A stretch of 64,000 bases of DNA from an uncultured Candidatus Saccharibacteria bacterium (GCA_964409615.1 CAYPDT010000001.1:307880-371879), one strand, 5' to 3'. Positions 28,720 to 39,175 are shown, counted from the first letter of the stretch. Program-made: numbers and translations. The notes: generated from the letters alone by a model not told the origin.

Positions 28720-29594
28720 ACAATACAAGCGAGTTTTCGTTTATGAATGCCTACTGTTACTTTAGCTTTGCCCTTGATTTCAAATACTTCGCCGTCGAGC
28801 TGAACGGCCTGCTTACGGATAGTAGTAAAGTCGTAGTGGTCAGTTTGCTTGGTGTAGCGCAAGCCAACAGTTGCCGATTTTACAATCACACCCAACATAA
28901 ATGCCTTGCTTGGTGGAAGTGCAAAAACCTCAAATAACCCGTCATTTATCTGTGCATCTTTGGCCAACCCTATAACCTTAGACATCTTGGTTAGATTGCT
29001 CATCACGATACTTTGGTACTCTGCTTCTTTACCGTGTTCTTTAATTGTGAAGGGCTGAGATTTTAGAAGTGCTTTGAGTGAAATTATTACTTCATTGGCT
29101 TTGTTGAGTTCTGCCTGGTTCAATTCTTTGCCAATTTCTGGAGTTACCCCAAAGCCGATATAGGAATGGGCGTAGCGCCTCCAGGAATAACCAGGAGCCT
29201 CGGCAGTAACGGTAAGAACATCTATGTGATGGCGATTGCCCGTTGCCACGTGCTCAGCAGTGTCTCCACTGTGCAACTGATTATAATGGTCGTTAGCGTT
29301 TCCAGAGGGCAGTACACACGTTGTGGGGCTTGCTCCTTCGTCTTGAGCTCGCAGCGCACCATTAATAACCTCGTTGTAACCTCCATCGCCACTCGATGAA
29401 ACAATAAGGGGGTGAGTGCTGGCTTTGGCCAGCTCATAAGCGAGTTCTTCGGCATGGCCAGGATGGTCAGTAGCTTTTAACGTGACGTCACGTAATCCTT
29501 TTTCTTGTAGGGCAGCTTTAAATTCCTGGGCATTAGCCTTGCTATCGCCCGTACTATTAGGGTTGTACAGGATGGTAATCGAAGTGTATTGCAT
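28716..29594 (-). CDS. Diacylglycerol/lipid kinase family protein (YegS/BmrU-like)
   Basis: The N-terminus ILYNPNSTGDS and the SSGDGGYNEVINGAL motif (GGDGT-type) match this family. Confidence 0.7.
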   Translation of the reverse strand: MQYTSITILYNPNSTGDSKANAQEFKAALQEKGLRDVTLKATDHPGHAEELAYELAKASTHPLIVSSSGDGGYNEVINGALRAQDEGASPTTCVLPSGNANDHYNQLHSGDTAEHVATGNRHHIDVLTVTAEAPGYSWRRYAHSYIGFGVTPEIGKELNQAELNKANEVIISLKALLKSQPFTIKEHGKEAEYQSIVMSNLTKMSKVIGLAKDAQINDGLFEVFALPPSKAFMLGVIVKSATVGLRYTKQTDHYDFTTIRKQAVQLDGEVFEIKGKAKVTVGIHKRKLACIV

Positions 29595-29630
29595 TACATA
29601 CAGTGTATCATTGCTAACACAATTGCAGAG

Positions 29631-30002
29631 TTAAGTGACCGATTGCGCAGCTAGTAGGTCTAGTGCGTCGCCGACTACGCTGCCGATATTCTTCCAAGTC
29701 TTTATGCGTAACACGTCATTATAATCGTTGATTGCGTGGGCATAGCGCGTACTATTTTCAACCATCAAGATTAATGGCAGCCCAAAGGCCGTAGTTGGTT
29801 CTGCGATATTCTTCCAGCCGCCATGCATATCGCCAGCAAAGACTGCAGAGTAAAGTCCAGAGCCAATCTCTATTTCTGCAAAGGGGACACTCTCTACAAC
29901 AAGATGTGGTATTCCGCGCGTTTCGAGCTGGTGACCAACTTCATCTCGCCACCTTTGATGGACGTCGACTGCCAGGATATTGTGAGTTATCTGTTCTGCC
30001 AT
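29631..30002 (-). CDS. Hypothetical protein, weakly receiver(CheY)-like
   Basis: The start is placed at MAEQITH. ILAVDV..., ...AVFAGDMHGGW... and LPLILMVENS loosely follow the beta1, beta3 and beta4 pattern of receiver domains, but the acidic pocket is incomplete. Confidence 0.35.
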   Translation of the reverse strand: MAEQITHNILAVDVHQRWRDEVGHQLETRGIPHLVVESVPFAEIEIGSGLYSAVFAGDMHGGWKNIAEPTTAFGLPLILMVENSTRYAHAINDYNDVLRIKTWKNIGSVVGDALDLLAAQSVT

Positions 30003-30068
30003 AGTACAAAAATAATACCGTGCTCTAGCAGTTTTGCAAGCATAAGAATAGTGCAAATATAAAAATTG

Positions 30069-30401
30069 CTACTTAGAGCTACTGGTGGAACGGCTGGCGA
30101 GAATTGCCCGGATTACCTTTTCTGGCACTGGTTTATCCTGGGTAAATTGTACGGTCCCCCTACCCGACATCATAAAGTCGGCTAGCTCATCGGCAAACGC
30201 TTCAACATTGCCAAACAAACTCAAGTGGTTTTTAAAAGCCGCCATATTAAGTACTTGTTTGCCATCAACTTTGTAGGTTGGCATACCGTAGCTCATGACT
30301 TCTTCGCAGCCTGGTAATGCGTCTAGGACTATGTCGCGAACTCGCTGTAACGCTAGGCGCTGGCCTTCAGGAAGCTGTGCTAGATAGTCATCAACTGTCA
30401 T
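30069..30401 (-). CDS. DUF1801 (YdhG-like) domain protein
   Basis: MTVDDYLAQLPEGQRLALQRVRDIVLDALPG...YGMPTYKVDGKQVLNMAAFKNHLSLF is typical of DUF1801. Confidence 0.7.
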   Translation of the reverse strand: MTVDDYLAQLPEGQRLALQRVRDIVLDALPGCEEVMSYGMPTYKVDGKQVLNMAAFKNHLSLFGNVEAFADELADFMMSGRGTVQFTQDKPVPEKVIRAILASRSTSSSK

Positions 30402-30402
30402 G

Positions 30403-31428
30403 TTACTTGATATAACCGCCAGTTAGAGCCAGGATAATACCCAACACTGCACAAACTTGGCCAATAATCCAAAACCGCATGGTGACTTTGGTTTTGGGCC
30501 AGCCAGTTGCTTCGAGGTGATGATGGACAGGTGCAGAGATAAATATACGGCGATGCAGATACTTCTTCGATAAAATCTGCAGTAAGCTAGAGCCGGCCTC
30601 GGCAACAAAAACAACACAGATGATTGGCAGCAAGAATAGTGTATCGGTTAACATCGCCACTACACCGAGTGCGGTTCCCAGGGCAAATGATCCAACATCT
30701 CCCATCACAAATCGTGCCGGAGGAATGTTAAACCAGACGTATGAAAGTAGAGCCCCGACAACCGTGAAACAAAAAGCAGCGATGCCAAAGTTACCCTGAA
30801 GCGAAGCGATAACACCAAATGCCGAATAGGCACTCATCAGCAAACCGCCCGCCAAACCGTCGACGCCATCGCTAATGTTGACCGCGTTACTGGTACTAAC
30901 CACAACTAGAATAAATAATGGGATAAGCAACCACCCCAGCGAAATGTTGCCAGCAAATGGTACTAAGACAGTTTCGTAACCGAGCTTGTAATAAAAGAAC
31001 AATGCACAGGCACCAGCCACTGCGGTAATCATGGCGAATTTTAGCGGTGCACGAATACCAGCTACCGCACCACCTTTGCCACGAATATTAACAATATCGT
31101 CTAGCAGCCCTACAATACCGCCACCGACTAGTGCTGCAAGTAGCAGCCATGTTTGTTCGCGGCTTAAGTTGGCGACAAGTGTAACAATTGCAATAGCGGC
31201 GACTGTAATAACTCCTGCCATGCGTGGAATAGTTCGCTTAATGCGCAAACGGGCGATAACTTTTAGCTCTTCACCAGTTGTTGAGTGAGTACGGGTTTGC
31301 TTCCACCATTTATATTTATATGCAAAGTGCGTATAAACCGGAGTAAGTATCATGGCTACACAAAACGAGAAGAAACTCAGCACTGATATCTTTGTTGCTT
31401 CGTTTGTAAAGTGCTCAATAGAGAACAT
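30403..31428 (-). CDS. mraY: Phospho-N-acetylmuramoyl-pentapeptide transferase MraY
   Basis: A polytopic membrane protein with NAVNISDGVDGLAGG and the C-terminal PVHHHLEATGWPKTKVTMRFWII motif (the MraY HHH motif). Confidence 0.85.
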   Translation of the reverse strand: MFSIEHFTNEATKISVLSFFSFCVAMILTPVYTHFAYKYKWWKQTRTHSTTGEELKVIARLRIKRTIPRMAGVITVAAIAIVTLVANLSREQTWLLLAALVGGGIVGLLDDIVNIRGKGGAVAGIRAPLKFAMITAVAGACALFFYYKLGYETVLVPFAGNISLGWLLIPLFILVVVSTSNAVNISDGVDGLAGGLLMSAYSAFGVIASLQGNFGIAAFCFTVVGALLSYVWFNIPPARFVMGDVGSFALGTALGVVAMLTDTLFLLPIICVVFVAEAGSSLLQILSKKYLHRRIFISAPVHHHLEATGWPKTKVTMRFWIIGQVCAVLGIILALTGGYIK

Positions 31429-31528
31429 ATATAATCCTTTGGTTTTGACTTATTCTGCTTGTTAGTCTAGCACAAACGGCCTGGTGAAAGTTGGTTTTTA
31501 AGGCATTCTGCTTTACCATTAATCTGAT

Positions 31529-32119
31529 ATGACAGCAATTACCCACCCCGTACTCGTACTTGTTCGAGGCCTGCCCGGCAGCGGAAAATCGTATATTGCC
31601 AACAAGCTCCAAGAGCAGCTTCAAGCAAAGTACGGTACCGACAGCACTGTAATGCTAGACCCAGACGCTATAGATTATGAAAGTACTGAATATACCGCCT
31701 TGGTTGCAGAGCTGACCGCTCAGGGAGTAGACCCTAAGTTTTACCCATACCGCTCATTGCGCGGCCGAGCACATGCCGGAATTACATCTAACAAAGTGAT
31801 TATATGGAATCAACCCTTCACCAATTTTGATGGCTTCAATAAAACTGTCATCAATCTATCTGCCCATGCCGAAGAACATCACACAACCTTGCCAATCCTG
31901 GTGGTTGAGGTAATGACCGACCCTGCCGTTGCTAAACAGCGCGTGGTGCAACGCAAAAAAGCCGGCGGTCACGGCCCTTCGGATGCAACGTTTGAACGGT
32001 TTGAGCGAGAATACCAGAGCTTCGCCGACAAAGGCTTTACAACAATTACAGTTGATGGTGAAGACCAAGTAACAAAGTCTGTCGATGCAATCATGCAAGC
32101 AGTTACTCCGCTCGAATAA
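31529..32119 (+). CDS. P-loop ATPase/kinase family protein
   Basis: Has the Walker A motif RGLPGSGKSY. Specificity is unknown. Confidence 0.55.
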   Translation: MTAITHPVLVLVRGLPGSGKSYIANKLQEQLQAKYGTDSTVMLDPDAIDYESTEYTALVAELTAQGVDPKFYPYRSLRGRAHAGITSNKVIIWNQPFTNFDGFNKTVINLSAHAEEHHTTLPILVVEVMTDPAVAKQRVVQRKKAGGHGPSDATFERFEREYQSFADKGFTTITVDGEDQVTKSVDAIMQAVTPLE

Positions 32120-32120
32120 A

Positions 32121-32987
32121 CTACTCTCCAACAGATATTACTTGCTGAGCTAAACCAAAATTCAAATCTGTGCTAACAAATACCTGGCAAGGCTGGCCAT
32201 CTGCCTGACGACCCTGCAGCTTTTTGGTTGCATCATTTATGATTACCAAAATACTGTTTTGATTGGTAGCGTTTAGGCGGAATCCTTGATTTGCTAGCTT
32301 GCTACTTAGCTCGGGGTACACCGCCTCGGCAAGTTGAATATTCTGGCTGGATGCAAATTCTCGTACGCTATCTACAGAACAAGCTTTGTTTGGGTACGTG
32401 TACAGAGCGGCAATTGTGTCGGGAATATAAGCAACTGCAATTTTGGCACCAGATCCAGTGAGTTGTAGGCTATAGGAACTTTTATCTAAAACTAAGGTGT
32501 ACTCAACATTTTGTATCATCACCTTTTTTGTTGGATTACTATTTTCTAGCCATGCCTTGTTTAGCTTATACGTTTGGGCTACTGGCAACATTGCGACCGC
32601 TGGGCACGGAGCTCGTTTGTCGGTAACGGGCTGCCCGATATATGGTTTTTTATTTTGTGTAAGAATAATCTGCATGTCCTCGGGAGTGTTTTCACGTACC
32701 GTAATAGCACCCTTAAAGCCGGGCTGAACTGTCAGGCATTGCGATTTAGGAGCAAAACTATCGGTAAACTGCACATTTAGATAGTAGTCGACTTCCAGTT
32801 TTTCATTTGTGCGCCGCTCAAGCCCAATATTGTAACGCTGCGACTGATACGCGAGCTGCTTGTGATCTAAATTTTTAGTGTTTGAAGAATCTTTTCGATT
32901 GCTAATCATCACAACCCCCACTATAAGAACCAATAGTATTACACCTAGCAGCATGATTCTTTTTGATGACATCGGTAGGCTCTTCAT
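32121..32987 (-). CDS. Hypothetical membrane-anchored protein
   Basis: N-terminal TM helix, no recognised motif. Confidence 0.5.
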   Translation of the reverse strand: MKSLPMSSKRIMLLGVILLVLIVGVVMISNRKDSSNTKNLDHKQLAYQSQRYNIGLERRTNEKLEVDYYLNVQFTDSFAPKSQCLTVQPGFKGAITVRENTPEDMQIILTQNKKPYIGQPVTDKRAPCPAVAMLPVAQTYKLNKAWLENSNPTKKVMIQNVEYTLVLDKSSYSLQLTGSGAKIAVAYIPDTIAALYTYPNKACSVDSVREFASSQNIQLAEAVYPELSSKLANQGFRLNATNQNSILVIINDATKKLQGRQADGQPCQVFVSTDLNFGLAQQVISVGE

Positions 32988-33002
32988 ACCCTTCAGTATA
33001 GC

Positions 33003-33488
33003 CTACGACTGTGAAAGCACGGTGAATTGATGACCGCTTTGCTGGATAATTTGTGGTATGTCGCTGCCAGGAATAAAAACAGTCGCAGTATTGTCGTTGG
33101 GGTGGAATCCCACTTCTGGCGCAGTCAACAAATGACCATCTACCACAACCTCAACTTGCTTTGTTATGTCATTGCCCAGACTAAATAAGGAGACTGATCC
33201 TGGGCTAACACCCAACACCTCTTGCAATACCTCTGCAGGTGCAAAACTAAGCTTACGAGTTTGTAATAACCCAGCTATTTGTTTTACATCAAGTCTCACC
33301 GCACCATCCATGATGACTAGTATTTTTCGGCCGGCACCTTTTTCTTGCAGTAATAAATTCTTGACTGGTTGCTTGTCTTCGAGGTGTGCGAGCGATTCAG
33401 CAACAGTAAATACTGCTGCATGTTGCTCTATGTGGAATGAAATACCTAATGAACGAAGCATCTCACTAATTTTTGTTGTGTCATCCAT
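33003..33488 (-). CDS. YbaK/ProX-type aminoacyl-tRNA deacylase domain protein
   Basis: The pattern HIEQHAAVFTVAES...VKNLLLQEKGAGRKILVIM...LSFAPAEVLQEVLGVSPGSVSLF is typical of the YbaK/prolyl-tRNA editing domain. Confidence 0.7.
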   Translation of the reverse strand: MDDTTKISEMLRSLGISFHIEQHAAVFTVAESLAHLEDKQPVKNLLLQEKGAGRKILVIMDGAVRLDVKQIAGLLQTRKLSFAPAEVLQEVLGVSPGSVSLFSLGNDITKQVEVVVDGHLLTAPEVGFHPNDNTATVFIPGSDIPQIIQQSGHQFTVLSQS

Positions 33489-33492
33489 GCTA

Positions 33493-33756
33493 TTAGAAAC
33501 TGTATCCCCCGCCTAAGACGAGCGAGAGTACAAAGACAACACCGATAACTACATAGACTACAAGGCCTGCCTGCAAGATTCGAAGCGCTAATCGACCTAC
33601 CGTGCCGCGCACAACAAATTTTCCTTGCTCTTTATGCGTAGAAAAACCAATCAGGACTAAACACGTGACGAGACCCGCCTGCCATGCATATTGAAATAGC
33701 TGCTGATTCCTCGTGATTGCAACGATTGTATTGGTGGCCATAACCACAGTATACAT
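33493..33756 (-). CDS. Hypothetical small membrane protein
   Basis: An 87-aa ORF with 2-3 hydrophobic helices. Confidence 0.4.
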   Translation of the reverse strand: MYTVVMATNTIVAITRNQQLFQYAWQAGLVTCLVLIGFSTHKEQGKFVVRGTVGRLALRILQAGLVVYVVIGVVFVLSLVLGGGYSF

Positions 33757-34275
33757 CTATTGGAATTCTCTGGGCGGCACAGTAATGTCGTAACCCAAAG
33801 TGGTAGCAGTCCTGGGCGCCGGAATCGACATGTCACCAAATTCAGTGTCGGCCAACTCACGCAGGCCAGAGTTAAATTCTGTGACTACTTCCCTGCTGGC
33901 ATCGGGCTGTGGGTGCTGAAAATCGAAGTCATTGGTGTCTACATAGAACATTGCAATGTGCAATCGTCTTTCGGCTAGCAAAAGGTTGCCTGCACTACCC
34001 CGCAGCTTGCCGTTGTCTCGTGCGGGGTTATGTAGTTTGGGCATGCCGAATCGCAGTTCAAACCTTCTATCTTCGGTGAGCCTAGTAATAATATGGTCTG
34101 GGTAATCATGAGTGTCGGAGTAGCCATATTGCTTGCCAGTTACGCTAGCGTAGACATCCATGACACTGGAAGCTAGCGTGCGAAGCCTCTCATGCTCGAC
34201 ATCATCAAAAACAAAAACCCTGTGCAACAAATTACGGTTGTCGGGGTGGATAAGCGCCTCTGCAGGTTGGTACAT
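33757..34275 (-). CDS. Hypothetical protein
   Basis: A 172-aa ORF with no motif. Confidence 0.5.
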   Translation of the reverse strand: MYQPAEALIHPDNRNLLHRVFVFDDVEHERLRTLASSVMDVYASVTGKQYGYSDTHDYPDHIITRLTEDRRFELRFGMPKLHNPARDNGKLRGSAGNLLLAERRLHIAMFYVDTNDFDFQHPQPDASREVVTEFNSGLRELADTEFGDMSIPAPRTATTLGYDITVPPREFQ

Positions 34276-34341
34276 ACTCTACAAACTACGCTTCTGGTGA
34301 TAATTTATCAACTGCTTTAAACCGAGGATTATACTTATAGT

Positions 34342-34773
34342 ATGACTGATGAAAAATATTGGATTGGCGTGGTAAGCAAAAACCACGTACAACGTGGCAT
34401 AAAGGATGGCATCATGCAGCTGGGCCATGGCAAGCTCGCACCGTTAGCCCGCCTTAAAAAGGGTGATTGGATTGTGTATTACTCACCGGTAGAGGTTCTT
34501 GGCGATAAGACTCCCCTGCAAGCTTTTACTGCAATTGGCCAGGTACACGATGATGTAATTTACCAGCAAGAGGTGAGTGATACTTTTATACCTTTTCGTC
34601 GTCGAGTCGACTACTTACACGTTACAGATGCACCAATTCGGCCCTTGATACCCCAACTGAGCTTTATTACCTCCAAGGAACGATGGGGTTATGTATTCCG
34701 GTTTGGGCTGGTGCAAATATCGGCTGAGGATTTTGCAATTATTAAACAAGCAATGGTGTCTATCAATCACTAG
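34342..34773 (+). CDS. EVE (PUA-like) domain protein
   Basis: [44 protein letters not shown] matches the EVE-domain N-terminal pattern. Confidence 0.7.
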   Translation: MTDEKYWIGVVSKNHVQRGIKDGIMQLGHGKLAPLARLKKGDWIVYYSPVEVLGDKTPLQAFTAIGQVHDDVIYQQEVSDTFIPFRRRVDYLHVTDAPIRPLIPQLSFITSKERWGYVFRFGLVQISAEDFAIIKQAMVSINH

Positions 34774-35395
34774 TGGTCGAGCTGCCTCTGTAAAAATATT
34801 CAGGATGAGCATAAAACACTTCAAGCATTTGCTCGAAGTACTCACTTATTTCAGGCGAACTTTTCACTTTTTGGCGTGACTTTTCAATGCCAGCCTTAAA
34901 CTGCTCGAGAGTTAGCTTCTTGCGCTCAAAGGGCTGCGGCTTAACTAACACCCTAAAGAAAAACGGCACTAACTTATCAACGGCATTTACGAACTTCGCT
35001 TCGGGCGAGCTTTTTGTCTCGTACTCAGTAATGTTCTGGATCAACCATGGGAAGTTGCTATATTTAGACTCAATTTTGTGCAAAGATTGTCGTTCGCGTT
35101 CTTCCTTTTGTGCTAGGTCAGCCTTAGATCCCCATATCGAAACATCACCGGCATAAATTTCTACTAAGTCGTGCACGATGGCTAGTTGCGCAATCTTACC
35201 TACATCTAACGTTTGGTCGATATGCGGCGCAATGGCACAAGCGACGAGCGCAATCGACCAGGCGTGTTCGGCATCGGTCTCTTTGCGATGTGCGGTGTCG
35301 GTAATTTGAACATCCATGTCACGGTTGATGAGGTAAAAGGGCACTACCATCTGGTGTACGAGTTTCTGGATATCTTGAAGTTGCAATTTTGCCAT
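34763..35395 (-). CDS. HD domain phosphohydrolase (YfbR-like 5'-deoxynucleotidase family)
   Basis: Has [11 protein letters not shown] (the H of HD) and [13 protein letters not shown]. Confidence 0.7.
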   Translation of the reverse strand: MAKLQLQDIQKLVHQMVVPFYLINRDMDVQITDTAHRKETDAEHAWSIALVACAIAPHIDQTLDVGKIAQLAIVHDLVEIYAGDVSIWGSKADLAQKEERERQSLHKIESKYSNFPWLIQNITEYETKSSPEAKFVNAVDKLVPFFFRVLVKPQPFERKKLTLEQFKAGIEKSRQKVKSSPEISEYFEQMLEVFYAHPEYFYRGSSTTSD

Positions 35396-35415
35396 AGTGG
35401 TATTGTAGCAAAAGA

Positions 35416-36171
35416 CTACACCTCAGAGGCGGAATCGACAATTGCTGCCTGGAATCGATACGGGATAATTCGAGCAAAGACACTGGTTAGTAGCTTGTTA
35501 CGGAGACCGTGAGTAACTTCAATCTTGCCGGCCATCATGGCTTTGTAGCCCAGCCGAGCAACCGAGCTGGCCGAGGCGCCAGCCGTAAAACCAGCAGCAT
35601 TAGATGATGCAAAGAACTGCGTTTTTGTCACACCCGGGTGTAGTGCGGTAACCGTCACACCGGTGCCACGCAAGTTAAAAGCAAGGGCTCGGCTGAGACT
35701 CCTCACGAAAGCTTTAGTTGCATAATACACTGGTTGTTTTGGGCCCGGAAAGAATGCTGTTATCGAGGCAACATTCAGTATCTTGCCAGTACCTTTCTTA
35801 ACAAAATCTTTGCCAAAGAGCCGTGATAGCTCCATCAACGAGACCATATTGAGCTGGGCCATAGCTGTAGTTCGAGCCACATCATCGTTAAAGAAATCAC
35901 CTCGCAGTCCAACACCGGCGTTATTGACCAATATCTGAATCTTTTCTTTCTTTGTCTGGTCGTATAGTTTTTTAGCCGAGCCAGCTACCGATAAATCCAG
36001 AGCAATCACATCAACATGGGATGAAGTAGTAGCTTGAATATCAGTACTTATTGCGTTGAGTTCTTTTAAGTTGCGAGCAACCAAAACTAGGTCGTGACCT
36101 TTGCTAGCCATTACGTAGGCAAGTTCTTTGCCAATACCGCTGGATGCGCCCGTGATTAAAGCTTTTTGCAT
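35416..36171 (-). CDS. SDR family oxidoreductase
   Basis: Has TGASSGIG, NNAG and YxxxK (YYATKAF). Confidence 0.9.
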   Translation of the reverse strand: MQKALITGASSGIGKELAYVMASKGHDLVLVARNLKELNAISTDIQATTSSHVDVIALDLSVAGSAKKLYDQTKKEKIQILVNNAGVGLRGDFFNDDVARTTAMAQLNMVSLMELSRLFGKDFVKKGTGKILNVASITAFFPGPKQPVYYATKAFVRSLSRALAFNLRGTGVTVTALHPGVTKTQFFASSNAAGFTAGASASSVARLGYKAMMAGKIEVTHGLRNKLLTSVFARIIPYRFQAAIVDSASEV

Positions 36172-36192
36172 AGCCTCACTATAACAAACAAT

Positions 36193-36540
36193 CTAGCTAC
36201 GATGGCATAGAAAGGACTTCCAGGATATCGATGGTCGCCCCGTCTCTACCCATATGAGGATGGGTTTTAATGCAGCCGCCAATACCTCTTTAGATTCTGC
36301 CTCTGCAAAGGCATAATTTGATGCCTGATTTGAGCTATCTTGCAGCACATCTTTATCTACAGCACGAATAAGCCCTGCCGCCTGTACGACCGCACCAAAC
36401 TCGAAGCTTATTGTTTTATCTGCTTCTGTCTTCCAATCCGACCATGCTTGCATGCCAGCTTGACGTTCGTCTGGACTCAACTTAGCCATAAAGTCACTCA
36501 TAGATTCAGGAGCACTGAAGAGTATAAGAAATCGACTCAT
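36193..36540 (-). CDS. Hypothetical protein
   Basis: A 115-aa ORF with no motif. Confidence 0.45.
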   Translation of the reverse strand: MSRFLILFSAPESMSDFMAKLSPDERQAGMQAWSDWKTEADKTISFEFGAVVQAAGLIRAVDKDVLQDSSNQASNYAFAEAESKEVLAAALKPILIWVETGRPSISWKSFLCHRS

Positions 36541-36545
36541 AAAAA

Positions 36546-36962
36546 TTACTTGATAGCGTTAATAATTGCGGCGGCTGCCTGGAAACAAGCAAGCGAGCCA
36601 ATTGACATAATAAGTGCCTTTTGTACAAACCATTCCTTTTTGGTGCCACCAAAAATAATAGCCGCAACCTGGGTTGGAACCACAAAACCAATCCACAGTA
36701 GGCCAGCTAAGCTATAAAGAGAGTAGTCAGGGAGTAAGACATGCAGTTTTGCTAAGACCGACACCGTAATAAAAGTAACAATAAACTGGGCCACCAGAAG
36801 GGGCCCCATACCCTTCTGTGCTTCTTGCTGCTCTTTTTTGCTAAGCTTATCGTGACCATGGATTTTGCCCCATAGGTCTCCAAAAATTGGCATGTACCAG
36901 ATTGCACCAATTATAAAGTCGGCAACCGTTGCCACTAATACGGCCGTATAGTTAATATTCAT
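36546..36962 (-). CDS. DUF1761 family membrane protein
   Basis: The N-terminus NYTAVLVATVADFIIGAIWYMPIFGDLWGK is typical of DUF1761. Confidence 0.6.
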   Translation of the reverse strand: MNINYTAVLVATVADFIIGAIWYMPIFGDLWGKIHGHDKLSKKEQQEAQKGMGPLLVAQFIVTFITVSVLAKLHVLLPDYSLYSLAGLLWIGFVVPTQVAAIIFGGTKKEWFVQKALIMSIGSLACFQAAAAIINAIK

Positions 36963-37048
36963 AGCTAGTCTCCTTGGTTATGGATTATGCTTTTAGTGTA
37001 CGCCTACCGAGCATTAACTTACATACCAATAGTGCAAGAGTCTTTATG

Positions 37049-37507
37049 TTAGGAAGCCAAGTCGGCGATGATGATTTTCTTCATCTTCATCATGGCTTGT
37101 ATAGCTTCGGGCCTACCACCCATTAACTCGCCCATGTTTGCCGGAATGATTTGCCAGCTTACCCCAAATTTATCCTTACACCAACCACACTGTTCAGCCT
37201 CAGGCACGTGTGAAAGCTTTGACCACAAATTATCGATTTCGGCTTGATCTTCACAAGAAACCATTAGGGATATAGCTTCGTTAAAAGTGTATTGCGGCCC
37301 ACCATCGAGGCACATAAATTGCTGCCCTTGCAGTTCAAAAATCCCGGTAATGACCTTCCCCCTCATGCCCTTAAAGTGGTCGTCGAGTGACTCATCGGGA
37401 TACTTCTCGATATGTATAATTTTTGAATCTTTAAATACTGATGTGTAGTAGTTCATTGCTTCTTCAGCATTATCGTTGAACCATAAAAAGGGTGTAATCT
37501 TTTGCAT
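37049..37507 (-). CDS. VOC family protein (PhnB/3-demethylubiquinone methyltransferase-like domain)
   Basis: ITPFLWFNDNAEEAMNYYTSVF and the C-terminal GWCKDKFGVSWQI are characteristic. Confidence 0.75.
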   Translation of the reverse strand: MQKITPFLWFNDNAEEAMNYYTSVFKDSKIIHIEKYPDESLDDHFKGMRGKVITGIFELQGQQFMCLDGGPQYTFNEAISLMVSCEDQAEIDNLWSKLSHVPEAEQCGWCKDKFGVSWQIIPANMGELMGGRPEAIQAMMKMKKIIIADLAS

Positions 37508-37700
37508 ATCTGCAGTATAGCAATAATCCTAATGGCAGTAGTAATAGATATTATTAGTCACTCACTGAATCGTGAACTCGGTAACTTTTTTGTATAAATT
37601 GAGGTGTGTCTTGCATTAAAACTGTTTCACCAAGGATAGATGCTTTCTGTTTCTAGTATGCTGCCGATACTTTCAAAAAATTTGCTGTATAATACATAAT

Positions 37701-38261
37701 ATGTCTTTGTATCTCATTACTGGCTCTGCTGGCGCTGGCAAATCGACTATCCAACAAGAATTGGCTCGCAGGGGTTATTCGGCGTACGATACAGACGATC
37801 CCGAAAAGACCGGACTAAGCGCACTGCATGAAAAGGCTACTGGCAAAGAAGTTGCAAGATACAATGAGTTCAACTGGGGGCATGAGGGCATTGATTTTGA
37901 AACTCATGTTTGGGGTTTAACAAATTTAGGTTTTGCACGAGTAGTTGACGAATCGAGTGCAAGAGATGTTTTTCTTGTAGGCAGGCTTCGTGAGCCTATG
38001 AAAGAACTTCAAGATGCGTTAAACAAGACCTTCTTCCTTGAATTATCAAATGCTATCGTTGCTGAACGGTTAAGAACCAGAGCCGAACAAGCTAGAAATA
38101 ACTCTGAAATTGTCCTTTGGGGAATGGAACAATCTCAAATCGATTTTACTGTGGCGCAAAACCAAACTCTCACTGACCACTATAGGTCACTTGGCGCTGT
38201 AATGATTGATGCAACACCCGCACCTGCCGCCATAGCTGATGCAATAGAGAGGCATTTGTAG
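37701..38261 (+). CDS. P-loop NTPase/kinase-like protein
   Basis: Has the Walker A motif GSAGAGKST. Confidence 0.55.
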   Translation: MSLYLITGSAGAGKSTIQQELARRGYSAYDTDDPEKTGLSALHEKATGKEVARYNEFNWGHEGIDFETHVWGLTNLGFARVVDESSARDVFLVGRLREPMKELQDALNKTFFLELSNAIVAERLRTRAEQARNNSEIVLWGMEQSQIDFTVAQNQTLTDHYRSLGAVMIDATPAPAAIADAIERHL

Positions 38262-38347
38262 GAACTCAGAAGTCGCCACTTGATTGGAAGCAAGAAATTA
38301 TCTTTATCTGGGGCCTAATAGCCGTTATCACAACTAGAGTAATCTAA

Positions 38348-38815
38348 CTAAATTGAGCAGTATTTACGGATTGCCGAAAGGTCGACGCCATATCGACCCT
38401 TCCTAAATTGTCGTTCCCCTAGACTTGCTGGGATTTTGCAAGAGCTCGTCAATTTGCCATCCCAGTCGGGGTTTTCTACTTCGCCACCGTAATTTAGTGA
38501 ACAGATATTATTTTCTTTGCCCGTAATCTCTACTGTCGTCGAGCCAAAATTTACATCAAATCTCCTGACATCTGGTTTACACTTTGAGAAATCAATTAAT
38601 ACTTGGTCTTGATTGTCTCGAAGAGTGCGATCACCTGAAAGGTCGGGTTTAGTTGTCACGGCTATGCCGCCAGGGGTGTGCCGCTGACCGTTGCCAGTCG
38701 CTCTTGAATCGTACTTCGTTTTGTAAACAATCCAGCTTGTGACTGTAATCGCAGAAACCAAAACCGCCATAAGCAAGAGTCCTGCCTGACCAAAACCACT
38801 ATGGTTATGTTTCAT
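38348..38815 (-). CDS. Hypothetical membrane-anchored protein
   Basis: N-terminal TM helix, four Cys residues, no motif. Confidence 0.5.
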   Translation of the reverse strand: MKHNHSGFGQAGLLLMAVLVSAITVTSWIVYKTKYDSRATGNGQRHTPGGIAVTTKPDLSGDRTLRDNQDQVLIDFSKCKPDVRRFDVNFGSTTVEITGKENNICSLNYGGEVENPDWDGKLTSSCKIPASLGERQFRKGRYGVDLSAIRKYCSI

Positions 38816-38870
38816 AAACTAATAGTAACAAAAGCTCTTCTAGAAGAGGAACTCATACAATGCTTTGAAC

Positions 38871-38960
38871 GGAGGGCCAGGAGGGACAACCACACGACTG
38901 CGCTCATGCTCGGTGCAAGCACCTGCGCGTGAGCTTGTCGACCGAACCCTCGACTTGCAT
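38871..38960 (-). repeat. Degenerate copy of the 3' half of tRNA-Lys(CTT), interrupted by about 55 nt
   Basis: A 17-nt exact match GGAGGGCCAGGAGGGAC (38871-38887 against 39047-39063) plus a GTCGAGGGTTCG match at about 38944-38955. Confidence 0.6.
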
Positions 38961-39045
38961 ATTTTCTAAAGAAAATCTGCGTCGAGGAACTCAATCCTTC
39001 CGACGTCCAAATAAAAAGACCCATCTTGCGATGAGTCATTTTATT

Positions 39046-39122
39046 TGGAGGGCCAGGAGGGACTCGAACCCTCGACACCCTGCTTAAGAGGCAGGTGCTC
39101 TAACCAGCTGAGCTACTGGCCC
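39046..39122 (-). tRNA. tRNA-Lys (anticodon CTT), CCA encoded
   Basis: The reverse complement folds as follows. The acceptor GGGCCAG pairs with CTGGCCC. The D arm is GCTC/GAGC. The anticodon stem is CCTGC/GCAGG with loop CTCTTAA. The T arm is GAGGG-TTCGAGT-CCCTC. Confidence 0.9.
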
Positions 39123-39175
39123 ATCGTGATGTGTGACTGTAAAGTACGGCTCATTGTTACATCTGTGCATTTTTT

